Positions 37,105 through 46,405 of a stretch of 64,000 nt of DNA are shown here, piece by piece; position 1 is the first letter of the stretch, and every line of letters begins with the position of its first letter. The position numbers were made by a program, and so were the translations under genes. Location: positions 124,001 to 188,000 of IMG/VR virus record IMGVR_UViG_3300046787_000286. The stretch is one strand, 5' to 3'. The notes below the pieces were generated by a model. That model saw only the letters and a program-made list of their open reading frames with translations, was not told the DNA's origin and did no database searches.

Positions 37105-37482
37105 TTACTTAGTCTCAAAAGAGATAGAAGCTCCGACTTTTTGCAGTCGATCAAAGCGGAAACTGCGCCACTCGTTTTTGTCTAAATCGAATACACGGAT
37201 ACTTTCGGGATCCGGTGCTTTACGCTGTTTGCTTTCCTTTACAATCCCGTCCACTGGACCAGTTGGCACAGGAGGTGGCGGCAGTTTGTCGGGATTTAGT
37301 GTGCAACGCATTTCGCGCACAGTGCCATCTGCTTTTGTAAATTCTACATTTACTTCAGTAACGTGCAACAAACTCTTTACCCAGTCCCGGATAATAACTT
37401 TGTTCACATCATCAGCTTCCTGATAGCTAGTACCAGGTTTGTTTTTAAGAATACGAAATACTTCTTGTTGTTCCCATGTCAT
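37105..37482 (-). CDS. WYL-like/SH3 beta-barrel protein
   Basis: VEFTKADGTVREMRCT...FDLDKNEWRSFRFD. Confidence 0.7.
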   Translation of the reverse strand: MTWEQQEVFRILKNKPGTSYQEADDVNKVIIRDWVKSLLHVTEVNVEFTKADGTVREMRCTLNPDKLPPPPVPTGPVDGIVKESKQRKAPDPESIRVFDLDKNEWRSFRFDRLQKVGASISFETK

Positions 37483-37495
37483 GATATTTTTCCTT

Positions 37496-37963
37496 TTAAC
37501 TAATACGATTCATTGCTGCCCACATGTCAATCTGCTCTTTGAGTTTGTCATTTTGCTTTTTGACTTGATTAATTTCTTCTTGAGCTTGTTGCACTTTGGC
37601 AGTGGCACTTTTCTTTTCCTGCCACACTTCTTGCACAAAGTCCATGATACTTCGAGTTTTAAGTTCGTTGTATTTGTCTTCGAGCTCGTGGTGATCGTCT
37701 TGCAACCAGCTAAGGGTTGATTGAACTTCCTCAAGATCACCACGAAGCTTTTGAATGTAGTCCCCTGGATACATACTCTGCCAGTCAGTTTCGAACTGCC
37801 AGGTATGTGGGTCCATGCCTGCTGCTTCGAGATCAGTGATTAGACCACCGCGAGTGTTTGATAAAAAGTTAACTAGTCTACGTATTACCGGATCTTCTGA
37901 GTGGAGATCCAGATAGTGCAGTAGCTCAAAATCTGTCATTGAGTTATAGTTCACATCAGCCAC
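37496..37963 (-). CDS. coiled-coil protein
   Basis: heptad-rich C-terminus; start estimated at a GTG. Confidence 0.65.
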   Translation of the reverse strand: MADVNYNSMTDFELLHYLDLHSEDPVIRRLVNFLSNTRGGLITDLEAAGMDPHTWQFETDWQSMYPGDYIQKLRGDLEEVQSTLSWLQDDHHELEDKYNELKTRSIMDFVQEVWQEKKSATAKVQQAQEEINQVKKQNDKLKEQIDMWAAMNRIS

Positions 37964-38348
37964 GGCGCATCTTTGAAATTTCGATTGCTTCTTCGTCACT
38001 GAACACAGGCACAGCGTTTGACTTGTGCATGGTTGCAATGCCTTTTACTTTGGTACCAGTGTATACTTTTGGTGCTGCCATTGTAGCGTTACCACCTGTA
38101 TTCACACTTGGGATATGATGCGTGTTGCTACGACCAACCGGTGTGGTCAGTTTGTATTGCAACGGTTCGGCTTTCATAGCACGGCTACGGCGCTTTTCGT
38201 CAGCATCCACTTCCCACTTCTTTTGCAGTTCTTTCCAGGCAGCATCAAGCTCACGTGCTTTCTTTGCTTCTTCTGCATTACGGAATTTAACTTTGCCCTT
38301 GCGCTTGCCGTTGTAGCTCAAGCTAGGGTGATGTAAGTGCATGCTCAT
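37956..38348 (-). CDS. basic hypothetical phage protein
   Basis: C-terminal GIATMHKSNAVPVF. Confidence 0.7.
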   Translation of the reverse strand: MSMHLHHPSLSYNGKRKGKVKFRNAEEAKKARELDAAWKELQKKWEVDADEKRRSRAMKAEPLQYKLTTPVGRSNTHHIPSVNTGGNATMAAPKVYTGTKVKGIATMHKSNAVPVFSDEEAIEISKMRRG

Positions 38349-38581
38349 TGTAGTGTGCGAGGTTCGTTGTTGAGTGTTTGTTTGAGGATCTCGATTTCCT
38401 CTTCAGAGAGATTGTCCCAGTCAACTGGCTTGCTCGCGGCTTCAAGTTCTTCAGGGCTCATGTTACTAAACATGTCCATGATTTCTGCCATCATCTGATC
38501 AAGCTCTTCTTGCGTTCCATCAAAATGATCAAACGCACCAGGTGCAAATTCTATTTCTAACGGTTTTTTAGTATCAGTCAT
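38345..38581 (-). CDS. small acidic protein
   Basis: coupled ORF. Confidence 0.7.
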   Translation of the reverse strand: MTDTKKPLEIEFAPGAFDHFDGTQEELDQMMAEIMDMFSNMSPEELEAASKPVDWDNLSEEEIEILKQTLNNEPRTLQ

Positions 38582-38802
38582 TTCTTCATTAACTCCCAGG
38601 TGTATTCTTCGTTACGTAAGTTAGCAACAGGCTGGACCCAACCCTTGGCAATAGCAAAGTTAACCTTGTCACGTATCTCGGCAGGGCATTGTTCCAAGAT
38701 CTCAACATGAGCTCGTGGAACAACACTGATACCGTCGGGACAAAACATAAAGTTATCTTGTCCGCGGTATATAGAAACATACGATCGATTTTGCTTGAAC
38801 AT
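38578..38802 (-). CDS. hypothetical protein
   Basis: ATG 6 nt after TATAAT. Confidence 0.7.
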   Translation of the reverse strand: MFKQNRSYVSIYRGQDNFMFCPDGISVVPRAHVEILEQCPAEIRDKVNFAIAKGWVQPVANLRNEEYTWELMKK

Positions 38803-38808
38803 GAGTGT

Positions 38809-38837
38809 ATTATAGCAGATTAGGATTTATTGGTCAA
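38809..38837 (-). promoter_or_regulatory. sigma70-type early promoter
   Basis: TTGACC-N17-TATAAT with extended -10 TG. Confidence 0.85.
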
Positions 38838-39226
38838 TAGTAAGACAATGCCTCTAGCGGCTCGCCTTTAAGGATCATCCAAGTTTCTTGCTCTTCGGAA
38901 AAGACAAGATCCCGCTCTACTAAAAATTTTCGGCGGTCGTCGTCTCTCATTTTCATCCAAGCATTAACCTTTTCATAACTGCCCTTGGCTGATACGGGCA
39001 TGCAGTTAAGCATCCATTTGGATAGATCTTTGAGAGATTGAACTGCGTTAGCAGGATGACTATGAATGATTGCCATAGCATCACCAGCATACCATCCTTT
39101 AAAGAAGCTACCGGGCTCAATCCCAAACACTAGGTAGTTATACATAGGATCTGCAAAGTCTTTGGCCACACGCCAATGGGCCATTGACTTCCGTAAACGG
39201 TGTTCACTGTATGTTGATAGCTTCAT
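38834..39226 (-). CDS. hypothetical protein
   Basis: GGAGG RBS, 130 aa. Confidence 0.7.
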   Translation of the reverse strand: MKLSTYSEHRLRKSMAHWRVAKDFADPMYNYLVFGIEPGSFFKGWYAGDAMAIIHSHPANAVQSLKDLSKWMLNCMPVSAKGSYEKVNAWMKMRDDDRRKFLVERDLVFSEEQETWMILKGEPLEALSYY

Positions 39227-39237
39227 GCTACCTCCGA

Positions 39238-39747
39238 TTAGTCGTTGAACAGTTTCACTAGTTCTTGTGCTAGGGCGTTGTTGCCCAGCACAGGGCTGAG
39301 TGCGGAATGTTCGTCTCGGTACATGTTGTATAAACCCATTTTCTTTTCTGCTTTAGAAGCACTTGCATTCGAAAGACGGTCTGCTGACTTCACAAAGTCT
39401 GCACCCGGAGTACGAGCAATTTTTTCAATTACATTGGACATTTTTTCAGCACGGTCGCTGCCGTGTGCTGTTACAGCCCAAACCATGTCTGCTACATTAG
39501 TGCCGAACATTTTGCGGATGTCGTCAATTGTGACTTCCGGGCTGTCTTCTACTGTGTCGTGCAACCAGGCAGCGGCAATAATTTCAGGGTCGTCGGTGAT
39601 TTGCTTCACACGGCGCACCACATCTTCCAAGTGAACTGAGTATGGCTGCTCGCCATACTTTTGATCTTTGTGTGCGGCACGAGCAACAAGCTCGGCGCGA
39701 TGGACTAGACTGTTACCAATAGTTGCGTTTACTTCGTTAATTTTCAT
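39238..39747 (-). CDS. HD-domain hydrolase (SpoT/Mesh1-like small alarmone hydrolase)
   Basis: AHKDQ...PYSVHL, AAWLHDTVED, VKSADRLSN. Confidence 0.85.
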   Translation of the reverse strand: MKINEVNATIGNSLVHRAELVARAAHKDQKYGEQPYSVHLEDVVRRVKQITDDPEIIAAAWLHDTVEDSPEVTIDDIRKMFGTNVADMVWAVTAHGSDRAEKMSNVIEKIARTPGADFVKSADRLSNASASKAEKKMGLYNMYRDEHSALSPVLGNNALAQELVKLFND

Positions 39748-39775
39748 GGTGCCCTTTTTTTTACTCTATGTACAT

Positions 39776-39804
39776 ATTATAGCAAAAGGGCAATAATTGG
39801 TCAA
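39776..39804 (-). promoter_or_regulatory. sigma70-type early promoter
   Basis: TTGACC-N17-TATAAT. Confidence 0.85.
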
Positions 39805-39814
39805 CCAGTAAAAA

Positions 39815-39832
39815 GTAGTACTCAAGTATTAC
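39815..39832. promoter_or_regulatory. 18-bp palindromic operator-like site
   Basis: GTAGTACT-CA-AGTATTAC; related copies at 49900 and 52273. Confidence 0.55.
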
Positions 39833-40167
39833 AGTTGATCGGGCCAGTCACGGAACAGTGCATGCTGGATATCCCCTGCTACAAACTGGTTGAACGACTT
39901 GTGTTTTGTTTCGAGCTCGCCTTCTAGTGGTGCAACACGTTTGAACGCAGAGTCCATTTGCGCCATGTCCTTGAATTCCATGAGTATCATCCATTCAGGC
40001 ATGTCAGCAATCGAACGGAATCCCATTTTGCATCTTGTGATACGATAGCTTTCCATACGACCTTCGGATACCAAATGATCAAAGAATCCCTTCATGCCAT
40101 TTACCCACTCGAGGTCAGAAATGTCGCCTTGTTTATTTGCCCAAATTGTATAAATGTCCATTAGCAA
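39829..40167 (-). CDS. dimeric alpha/beta-barrel-like protein (DUF6614-like)
   Basis: YRITRCKMGF...PEWMILMEF...MDSAF. Confidence 0.6.
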   Translation of the reverse strand: MLMDIYTIWANKQGDISDLEWVNGMKGFFDHLVSEGRMESYRITRCKMGFRSIADMPEWMILMEFKDMAQMDSAFKRVAPLEGELETKHKSFNQFVAGDIQHALFRDWPDQL

Positions 40168-40589
40168 GGTCCCAGTAGTTCGTAGCCGTCAAATTGTGCT
40201 TTGTAGTTGGCACTTTCGCCCAGGTACAAATACTTGTATCCTGATGATTTGTAATATGCACACTCATGTTCCAAGCTACGGCGACCTAGTTCCAGACTAG
40301 GGGTCTGATAGTCCCATGCAAATTGCATGCTCTCTACGTTGTATTCATCCCAGCGACGACATAAACTCCATGCAACAATTTGATCGTTGTGATAGTAAAT
40401 GTGAATATCGTTTGCTTTGTCTTGAAACTGACTCAAGAAAAGTGGCATCACACTCATAAATTGTTTGTGAGCACAATACTGCCTATAAATCTGCTCAAAC
40501 GGTTCTACACTAGATGCCCAGGTCCATCTAGCTGTTTCAGGGTACTCATTATAGTTTGTATGAGCTAGTTTAATTCTACAAAATTTCAT
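40161..40589 (-). CDS. ATE1/Bpt aminoacyl-tRNA-protein transferase C-terminal-like GNAT domain
   Basis: FAWDY...LGRRSLEHEC...GYKYLYLG...YKAQF. Confidence 0.65.
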   Translation of the reverse strand: MKFCRIKLAHTNYNEYPETARWTWASSVEPFEQIYRQYCAHKQFMSVMPLFLSQFQDKANDIHIYYHNDQIVAWSLCRRWDEYNVESMQFAWDYQTPSLELGRRSLEHECAYYKSSGYKYLYLGESANYKAQFDGYELLGPC

Positions 40590-41083
40590 TTTTCATAACG
40601 CCAAGTAACTACATCGTCTAGAGACTTTTGATCCCATGTATCATAGTAGCCTTGCGATTTTAATTTGTCTGCGGCATTATTTAACTTGCTTAATTTCTGA
40701 ATTACTAAAAGCCCGCACAAACCAAAATTCATGTTTACTCGGTTAACATACTCTGGCGCATCGGGATGGTCTTCGAGTATAACATAGTTTATGGGTATTA
40801 GTGTTTGATTCATGTTACTAACCCATTCCTGCAAGGATACTGGATCAATTGTGCGGTGATCAAAACACACTACTACAACATCTTTATGTTCTAGCATGCT
40901 AATACTTTCACGAATTACATCTGAGAATTCAAACACTTCGCAAAATATTGTACTGATCATGTCAGACAGTCTTGCAGCTCGAGCATACGGACAAGGTGCC
41001 CAGTTGGCCAGATCAGGATGTTCGACTTCTACAAACTCGATCATCCATTGATCAAGTTCTGCCTTGATTTTTACTTGGTCCAT
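40586..41083 (-). CDS. DUF1415-like protein
   Basis: WMIEFVE...PCPYAR, DHPD, LLVIQ. Confidence 0.55.
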   Translation of the reverse strand: MDQVKIKAELDQWMIEFVEVEHPDLANWAPCPYARAARLSDMISTIFCEVFEFSDVIRESISMLEHKDVVVVCFDHRTIDPVSLQEWVSNMNQTLIPINYVILEDHPDAPEYVNRVNMNFGLCGLLVIQKLSKLNNAADKLKSQGYYDTWDQKSLDDVVTWRYEK

Positions 41084-41397
41084 TACTTAAACAATATCAA
41101 TGCCATGCAACTAGCTTGTAGAATAAACCCAATACCGATTGTAATAATGTTAAGCATGTCTTTGAGTACAACTGCTCGCATAAACAACAAAATCAACCCA
41201 CCCCAGAGAAACAGGATCATGTCTAGGCCAGGAGTCTTGTCGCTTAGACCCGACATCAGTGCTAGGAAGCTAGGCAGTGTTGCACAATGCAACACAATTG
41301 CTGATAGCCATCCCAGTGTGTCTGCTGAAAGTTTAGCAAGGCTGTCTGTAAGGAATTCACGGATAGCAATAATTGTCATTGGAAATTTAAAAGGCAT
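41083..41397 (-). CDS. small multi-TM membrane protein
   Basis: three hydrophobic helices. Confidence 0.7.
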   Translation of the reverse strand: MPFKFPMTIIAIREFLTDSLAKLSADTLGWLSAIVLHCATLPSFLALMSGLSDKTPGLDMILFLWGGLILLFMRAVVLKDMLNIITIGIGFILQASCMALILFK

Positions 41398-41399
41398 TG

Positions 41400-41972
41400 T
41401 TATGCTCCGTAAAAAATGTGACGACCAATTTTATCAATCTTGGGCTTTTTCCAACCTGGACTGACATAATCCGCATGGTAAAATAATGCTTCTTTAAGTC
41501 CCGGCAGTCGGAAGTTTTCTAGCAAAACTTTTTTAGCCACTTCCTCAGACTCTCGCCATAGTGGTGTATGCACTGGACGAACTTTATGTGTAGTTTCGCA
41601 TACCCAGCTAAACTGACAGATCAGTTTTTCATATATAACATTCTTTTGATAAACAACTCCGCACACTGAATCAGCAAAGCGGCCGGATTCAACTCGGTTC
41701 ATTGTTACCTGGGCTACAGCTACTTTGCCTTCGAATGATTCCGATGCAGCTTCCCAATAAATGTTTCGTGTCAAGCAATCAAGTTGCTTGATTTTCTCTG
41801 TTGTACTGACATAACCCGCGGGCATGCTTTCGATGTCAGAACGAAGATCGTTGAGTTTGTGGTTACTAACAGCAATAACTGCTAGTGCCACTAACCAAAG
41901 TCCGGCAGCTTTTAATGCTCGCGAACTCCACGTTGTAATTTGATTATTAATGTAGTTTACTTGTGCTTTCAT
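41400..41972 (-). CDS. SleB/Hydrolase_2 cell wall hydrolase
   Basis: CLTRNIYWEA, VAVAQVTMNRV, CQFSW, FYHADYVSPGW, IGRHIFY. Confidence 0.9.
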   Translation of the reverse strand: MKAQVNYINNQITTWSSRALKAAGLWLVALAVIAVSNHKLNDLRSDIESMPAGYVSTTEKIKQLDCLTRNIYWEAASESFEGKVAVAQVTMNRVESGRFADSVCGVVYQKNVIYEKLICQFSWVCETTHKVRPVHTPLWRESEEVAKKVLLENFRLPGLKEALFYHADYVSPGWKKPKIDKIGRHIFYGA

Positions 41973-42052
41973 GGTAGTTTTACTTACTCAATTGGACTAC
42001 GAACCAGTGAGTTACTGGTTCAAACGAATGCTTTTTGTCGTTATGTTAGCCG

Positions 42053-42445
42053 TTAACGGTTATCTTTGTCTTGAGCTTGAAGTTTGTTCCAAGTTTCAAG
42101 TTTATCCTTGATTCGTTGTTCCAACTCACGATATTGGTTGCCCAACTCCCGGAGTTCTTCCCACTCAGATTCAAGTTTGTGATTTACCGTTAAGAGATTG
42201 ATGCGCTCTTCGATGCGCTTTAACATTGTTACAAGGCTCTCGCCGTTGATCTCAATGTCGGCACCCTCGCCCTGCAAACTTATTTTACCTGATGGATTTA
42301 CATTGAGTGGCGAGCTAATTCTATAGTCGACTCCAGAGGTAACCCAAGGCGATGCCATTGTGTATGATGTGCTTGACGCAGAACCTATTGTTAGATTAGC
42401 GTCAAGACTTGAGAGCGATACTGTTGGTGATACAGTATAAGTCAT
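42053..42445 (-). CDS. hypothetical protein
   Basis: S/T-rich N-terminus, coiled-coil C-terminus. Confidence 0.7.
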   Translation of the reverse strand: MTYTVSPTVSLSSLDANLTIGSASSTSYTMASPWVTSGVDYRISSPLNVNPSGKISLQGEGADIEINGESLVTMLKRIEERINLLTVNHKLESEWEELRELGNQYRELEQRIKDKLETWNKLQAQDKDNR

Positions 42446-42646
42446 TTACTTTGCAGCCAATGCCTCTTTTTCAGCAGTGATTTCTTTGCGGCGTTCTTTA
42501 ATGCCCTTGCTCATTTCTTGAAGAGCTTTGCGAGCGCGAGCTGCCGATGCCTTTACACCTTTTGCTGTAAACTTTTCGTTTTCGGCAATGTATGTTTCGT
42601 AAGCGGTAACAATTTGTTCGTGTTGTGTAGGTGTTGGTGATGTCAT
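42446..42646 (-). CDS. Hc1-like small basic helical protein
   Basis: ENEKFTAKGVKASAARARKALQEM; AAGGAG RBS. Confidence 0.7.
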   Translation of the reverse strand: MTSPTPTQHEQIVTAYETYIAENEKFTAKGVKASAARARKALQEMSKGIKERRKEITAEKEALAAK

Positions 42647-42672
42647 AATATTCTCCTTGATAGACAAAAGTA

Positions 42673-42700
42673 ATTATAACACTTTCCGCACACTTGTCAA
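42673..42700 (-). promoter_or_regulatory. sigma70-type promoter
   Basis: TTGACA-N16-TATAAT. Confidence 0.7.
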
Positions 42701-42706
42701 ATTTCT

Positions 42707-42949
42707 TTAGTCCAGATAGATATGACGTCTGCTCCAGGTGTCCCAGATCGTGACGTTACTCCAGCTTCCATTCCAAGTTACTTGAAAAAGATTTAGGCTG
42801 TTCTGACTATAAAGACTCATCTTGTTGTTGGCCAAATGAACGTCCTGCTTGTTCTTGGTTGCCCAATTTTTTAGTAGTGCGTTGGCTTGTGAGTCTCGAA
42901 GAATTATAATATACAGGGCTTCGCCTGACTTCGAATGGTATGTACTCAT
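42707..42949 (-). CDS. hypothetical protein
   Basis: 80 aa; TAAGTA box upstream. Confidence 0.6.
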   Translation of the reverse strand: MSTYHSKSGEALYIIILRDSQANALLKNWATKNKQDVHLANNKMSLYSQNSLNLFQVTWNGSWSNVTIWDTWSRRHIYLD

Positions 42950-42988
42950 TGTTTTTATTTTACTTAGCACACTCAATTAAAAAGGCCA

Positions 42989-43013
42989 AAAGAAAAGCGG
43001 CCGAAGCCGCTTT
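42989..43013 (-). terminator. intrinsic terminator with cUUCGg loop
   Basis: gcggc-TTCG-gccgc followed by a T-rich run. Confidence 0.85.
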
Positions 43014-43033
43014 GTAGAAGAAGCACAAGCTGA

Positions 43034-43378
43034 TTAGGCTTTTGCGGCCTCGAGCACTTGCTCGGCAGTAACTTCTTTCTTGGCAGGCTTGGATGCCTTG
43101 ACCTTGACTTCGCCCTTCTTAGCGAGCTTGGCTTTTTCTGCCAACTTGTTGGCAACAGCAAAACCTGCATCACCTTCGGTGATACCTTGCTCTGTTAGAT
43201 ACTGGAGACATTCCAGCTTGGTCATTGCATGTGGCAACTCAACCAAGTTAATATCAGTGCAACCTGCTTTGTTGAGGATCTTAATACGAGCTACCAGGTC
43301 GTTTGCAAAACGTGCCTTAACGGTGCCATCGGAGTTTTTAGCGGTACCAGCCACGGTAAAAGTTTTTTCTGCTGTCAT
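43034..43378 (-). CDS. Lys/Ala-rich protein, possibly DNA-binding
   Basis: 114 aa with own promoter and terminator. Confidence 0.75.
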   Translation of the reverse strand: MTAEKTFTVAGTAKNSDGTVKARFANDLVARIKILNKAGCTDINLVELPHAMTKLECLQYLTEQGITEGDAGFAVANKLAEKAKLAKKGEVKVKASKPAKKEVTAEQVLEAAKA

Positions 43379-43446
43379 TTTGTGTTGCCTTAAAAGTTGA
43401 TTTAGAGAGTTAAAAAATGTTTTGCATTACTGCTCAACATATCAAT

Positions 43447-43475
43447 ATTATAGCAAAAGATGATATTTAGGTCAA
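43447..43475 (-). promoter_or_regulatory. sigma70-type early promoter
   Basis: TTGACC-N17-TATAAT. Confidence 0.85.
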
Positions 43476-43512
43476 CCATTTTCTGCAATAATTTTGATTT
43501 GGTTTGCCCGTT

Positions 43513-43641
43513 TTACTGGGCGAGTTCTTTGCTTTGCGTTTGGATCGTTTGGACACCTTTGTCCATAATGCGAGCAATTCCTGAGAAGCCCACGGTAGTG
43601 ACTACTACACCTAAAACAAACCCAATAACTAGATTACGCAT
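43513..43641 (-). CDS. 42-aa single-TM peptide (not in ORF track)
   Basis: MRNLVIGFVLGVVVTTVGFSGIARIMDKGVQTIQTQSKELAQ; AAGGA RBS; promoter TTGACG-N17-TATAAT at 43672-43700. Confidence 0.7.
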   Translation of the reverse strand: MRNLVIGFVLGVVVTTVGFSGIARIMDKGVQTIQTQSKELAQ

Positions 43642-43735
43642 TCGATTTCCTTTTGCAGTTTTGATAAGTTAATTATACCAGATTTAGGGTTTTTCGTCAA
43701 CCGTTTTTGTATAGAAAAAAGTTAGTACTTAACAC

Positions 43736-45262
43736 TTACTTGTTGATCAGGTGTCGCACAGCTTCTAATTCAGGAATGTAGTCACCAAGTTGACTGTTTC
43801 TGGCTGCGTCCAATTTATCATTGAATTCAAAAAACTTACGCAACTTCTCTACATCAAAGGTAGGATTTGTTTTGTAATACTCGTACATAGAATCAATTGC
43901 GCTCTTGTTAGATTTGCCATCGCTCATGTACATATTGGTTTTCATACACCTAGACAAACTGTCTAACGCCATCTCAACATTGGGATGGATAAACGGGCTT
44001 TGATGTTCGACATAATTTATCTGTACGTACACCGAAGTGTCTGGCAATTCTCGATCTAAAAATTCATAAAGCAAATGTAAGTTCGTAACATTGTAAATTC
44101 CTGGAACACAGTTGATAGATATACGATGCCCATGGCTTTTTAATAATTTTATATTTTTAATAATAGTATCAAAGTTACTGCCCCAACGCCAATAATCGTT
44201 CACACGCCCGTATCCGTCTAAACTTATGCTGAAATTTACTACAGAAAAGTGATTGCACAGATTTAAAAAGCGTTGACTAATTTTTTGTCCGTTTGTGCCA
44301 AACGTGAGTTCAAAATCTGTTTTGTTTGCTGCTATACATCTTTCCATGAAAGTGAGAACTTCCGGGATAACAGTTGGATCGCCACCGGTCAAGTATATCC
44401 GTGACAATGGTGACAATGTATTGATGTCGATCCTATCAATATTGGAATATTGGTACTGCTCGGTATCATTTACCCACTTACTAAAAGTGATGTTGTGCTG
44501 TTTAAATTCAGCTTCAATCCGATGACTGTATGCTGGACGGCAACCTCTGCACATTAGATTGCACTTGTTGCTCAGTCGCAATTCATATAGATAAGGATGA
44601 GTAATCTTGTCGAGATCCTCAAACGATTGGATGTTTAATTTATTAATCCAATCCCGAGTTTCAAATTGCCGATAGCTCTCAATACCTTTATCTTCGTATT
44701 CTTCGTAGCAAAACCCGCAGTGCTCAGGTATGCGTTCTCCTGCTAACATTTTTTGTCTAATAGCCTGATAATCAGGATTGGTCTTCCAGTCAACAATTTT
44801 ATCAGGGGTTGTTACATTTGCCCTGGCTCTGGGACAAAGGCGTGTGGTGCCATTTTCCTCAGTGAAATTTATCCATGGGTAAATGCAAAAACTTTTATTC
44901 TCGGTTGTTAGTTTGTCAATTGAGTGAGCAGCTAGCACATTGGCATTGTCTTTGTATACTACATCATAGCCGCGTTGGTCAATCTCTTCCATGATCTTTA
45001 TAGTACTCAACAATGGCTTCCAATTAGTCCATTGACTAATCGGCTGATCTAATAGAACAATTTGATCAAAGTAATCAGCCAACTTGACTATAGCGCCAAA
45101 CGGTATGTCTAAAACAGTAGTATGATAAAATCCATCATGGGCAGGCACAAAGTCTGCCTGACTAATAAGACCGTGATTAATTGTGTTATGCGTTGCGGCC
45201 AACACACTTACACGACGATCGGTATCTTCATCGTTGTTTCCTAAATATAAAACTTTGTTCAT
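43736..45262 (-). CDS. radical SAM protein with N-terminal twitch/SPASM-like Cys cluster
   Basis: CNLMCRGC, LTGGDP, TNG, SISLDG; FCIYPW...CGFC. Confidence 0.88.
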   Translation of the reverse strand: MNKVLYLGNNDEDTDRRVSVLAATHNTINHGLISQADFVPAHDGFYHTTVLDIPFGAIVKLADYFDQIVLLDQPISQWTNWKPLLSTIKIMEEIDQRGYDVVYKDNANVLAAHSIDKLTTENKSFCIYPWINFTEENGTTRLCPRARANVTTPDKIVDWKTNPDYQAIRQKMLAGERIPEHCGFCYEEYEDKGIESYRQFETRDWINKLNIQSFEDLDKITHPYLYELRLSNKCNLMCRGCRPAYSHRIEAEFKQHNITFSKWVNDTEQYQYSNIDRIDINTLSPLSRIYLTGGDPTVIPEVLTFMERCIAANKTDFELTFGTNGQKISQRFLNLCNHFSVVNFSISLDGYGRVNDYWRWGSNFDTIIKNIKLLKSHGHRISINCVPGIYNVTNLHLLYEFLDRELPDTSVYVQINYVEHQSPFIHPNVEMALDSLSRCMKTNMYMSDGKSNKSAIDSMYEYYKTNPTFDVEKLRKFFEFNDKLDAARNSQLGDYIPELEAVRHLINK

Positions 45263-46041
45263 TAAATAATGCTTACGCGATTGAGTTGGGTTTTGCCATC
45301 TTTGTGAGATTTAACAGTTCCTATAACTGTATGTTTCGACCCATTTGATAGCTCTGGGCGATAACTGAAAAATACAGCATGGTTGTCAGGGGTGATTGCA
45401 GTTACAAAATTTACGTTCCAGTTTTTACTAAACACGGTTTGGATAACTTCGATATCCAGTTTAATTTTGTCGCCTATGTTGCTGATGTATTTACCTGTGG
45501 TCTCTGCAAGCCGGTCTTGAACAGTCTCGCGAGTTTTTGCTCTAAAGAAGGAGTTGGGCAAGGCAGCGATTACAGCAAGTTCGTAACGATGTCCCACTGA
45601 GTAGAATTTGTCCTTTACAGCAAGACATTTCTGTGCCGCTGAGTCAAATTCAGTGAGTTGGCTTTTAAGGGCACGGAACGTCAAGTCATTGTTTAGCCAG
45701 CGCCGAAGCTCTTCGCCGGTTTCAACATCGCCTACTGTGAGCCGGTCAGGATTTTGTAAAAACTCCAACATAACATCTCGATTTCGAAGTTGCACACTTA
45801 ACACCCGCCCAGGATTTTCAGGATCTGCAATAGGTTTAGTTTCTTTTCGATATTCGCCGTTTACACGGTGCGCGGCACAGGCTGCGGCCCACACATCGCT
45901 TACAGAGTAGCCAACTTGATGTACAGGATGTGAGGTTTTACGGAAACCATAACGTTGTGGCTCCTCATCATAGTCATCGGCATGGCCCATGCGTCGAACT
46001 TCTTCGCTTGTCATATTTGATACGTCAACAAAACCAGGCAT
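45262..46041 (-). CDS. hypothetical protein with probable C-terminal OB fold
   Basis: C-terminal GTVKSH...TQLNRV. Confidence 0.65.
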   Translation of the reverse strand: MPGFVDVSNMTSEEVRRMGHADDYDEEPQRYGFRKTSHPVHQVGYSVSDVWAAACAAHRVNGEYRKETKPIADPENPGRVLSVQLRNRDVMLEFLQNPDRLTVGDVETGEELRRWLNNDLTFRALKSQLTEFDSAAQKCLAVKDKFYSVGHRYELAVIAALPNSFFRAKTRETVQDRLAETTGKYISNIGDKIKLDIEVIQTVFSKNWNVNFVTAITPDNHAVFFSYRPELSNGSKHTVIGTVKSHKDGKTQLNRVSII

Positions 46042-46050
46042 AACGATTCC

Positions 46051-46404
46051 TTAGACCAGCACAGAGGACATGTTGCTGGAGTAGCTAGCAATGAAATTTT
46101 CGCCAACATCCAGGCTCACATAAGTGTCGCCTTGCATGCCTTGCTCAGAGTAGCCAACATCGCTATCGTCAAGGCCCATGGCAGTCAACAATTCTTTCAA
46201 GTCTTTTTCAAATTGACGATCTGTATAAATCAATCCGTCTTTGTTTACGTCCCAAGACTTGGTGTCAAAGTAAACACGGAGTTCGCCAAAGTCTTGCTCG
46301 TCATTAACATACGCTAGGTTAATGCCAGTGACCTTAACGTCCTTGGCAACTTCTGACCAGTAGCCGCATCCGTTTGTGGACAAAATTGCAGTGACTTTAC
46401 GCAT
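46051..46404 (-). CDS. hypothetical early protein
   Basis: AAGGAG RBS, directly after promoter cassette. Confidence 0.75.
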   Translation of the reverse strand: MRKVTAILSTNGCGYWSEVAKDVKVTGINLAYVNDEQDFGELRVYFDTKSWDVNKDGLIYTDRQFEKDLKELLTAMGLDDSDVGYSEQGMQGDTYVSLDVGENFIASYSSNMSSVLV

Positions 46405-46405
46405 T

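Noticed and set aside
39238-39747. MKINEVNA as a capsid-targeting leader on the HD hydrolase
   Set aside because: Gene has a sigma70 early promoter and RBS rather than a late box; resemblance may be chance
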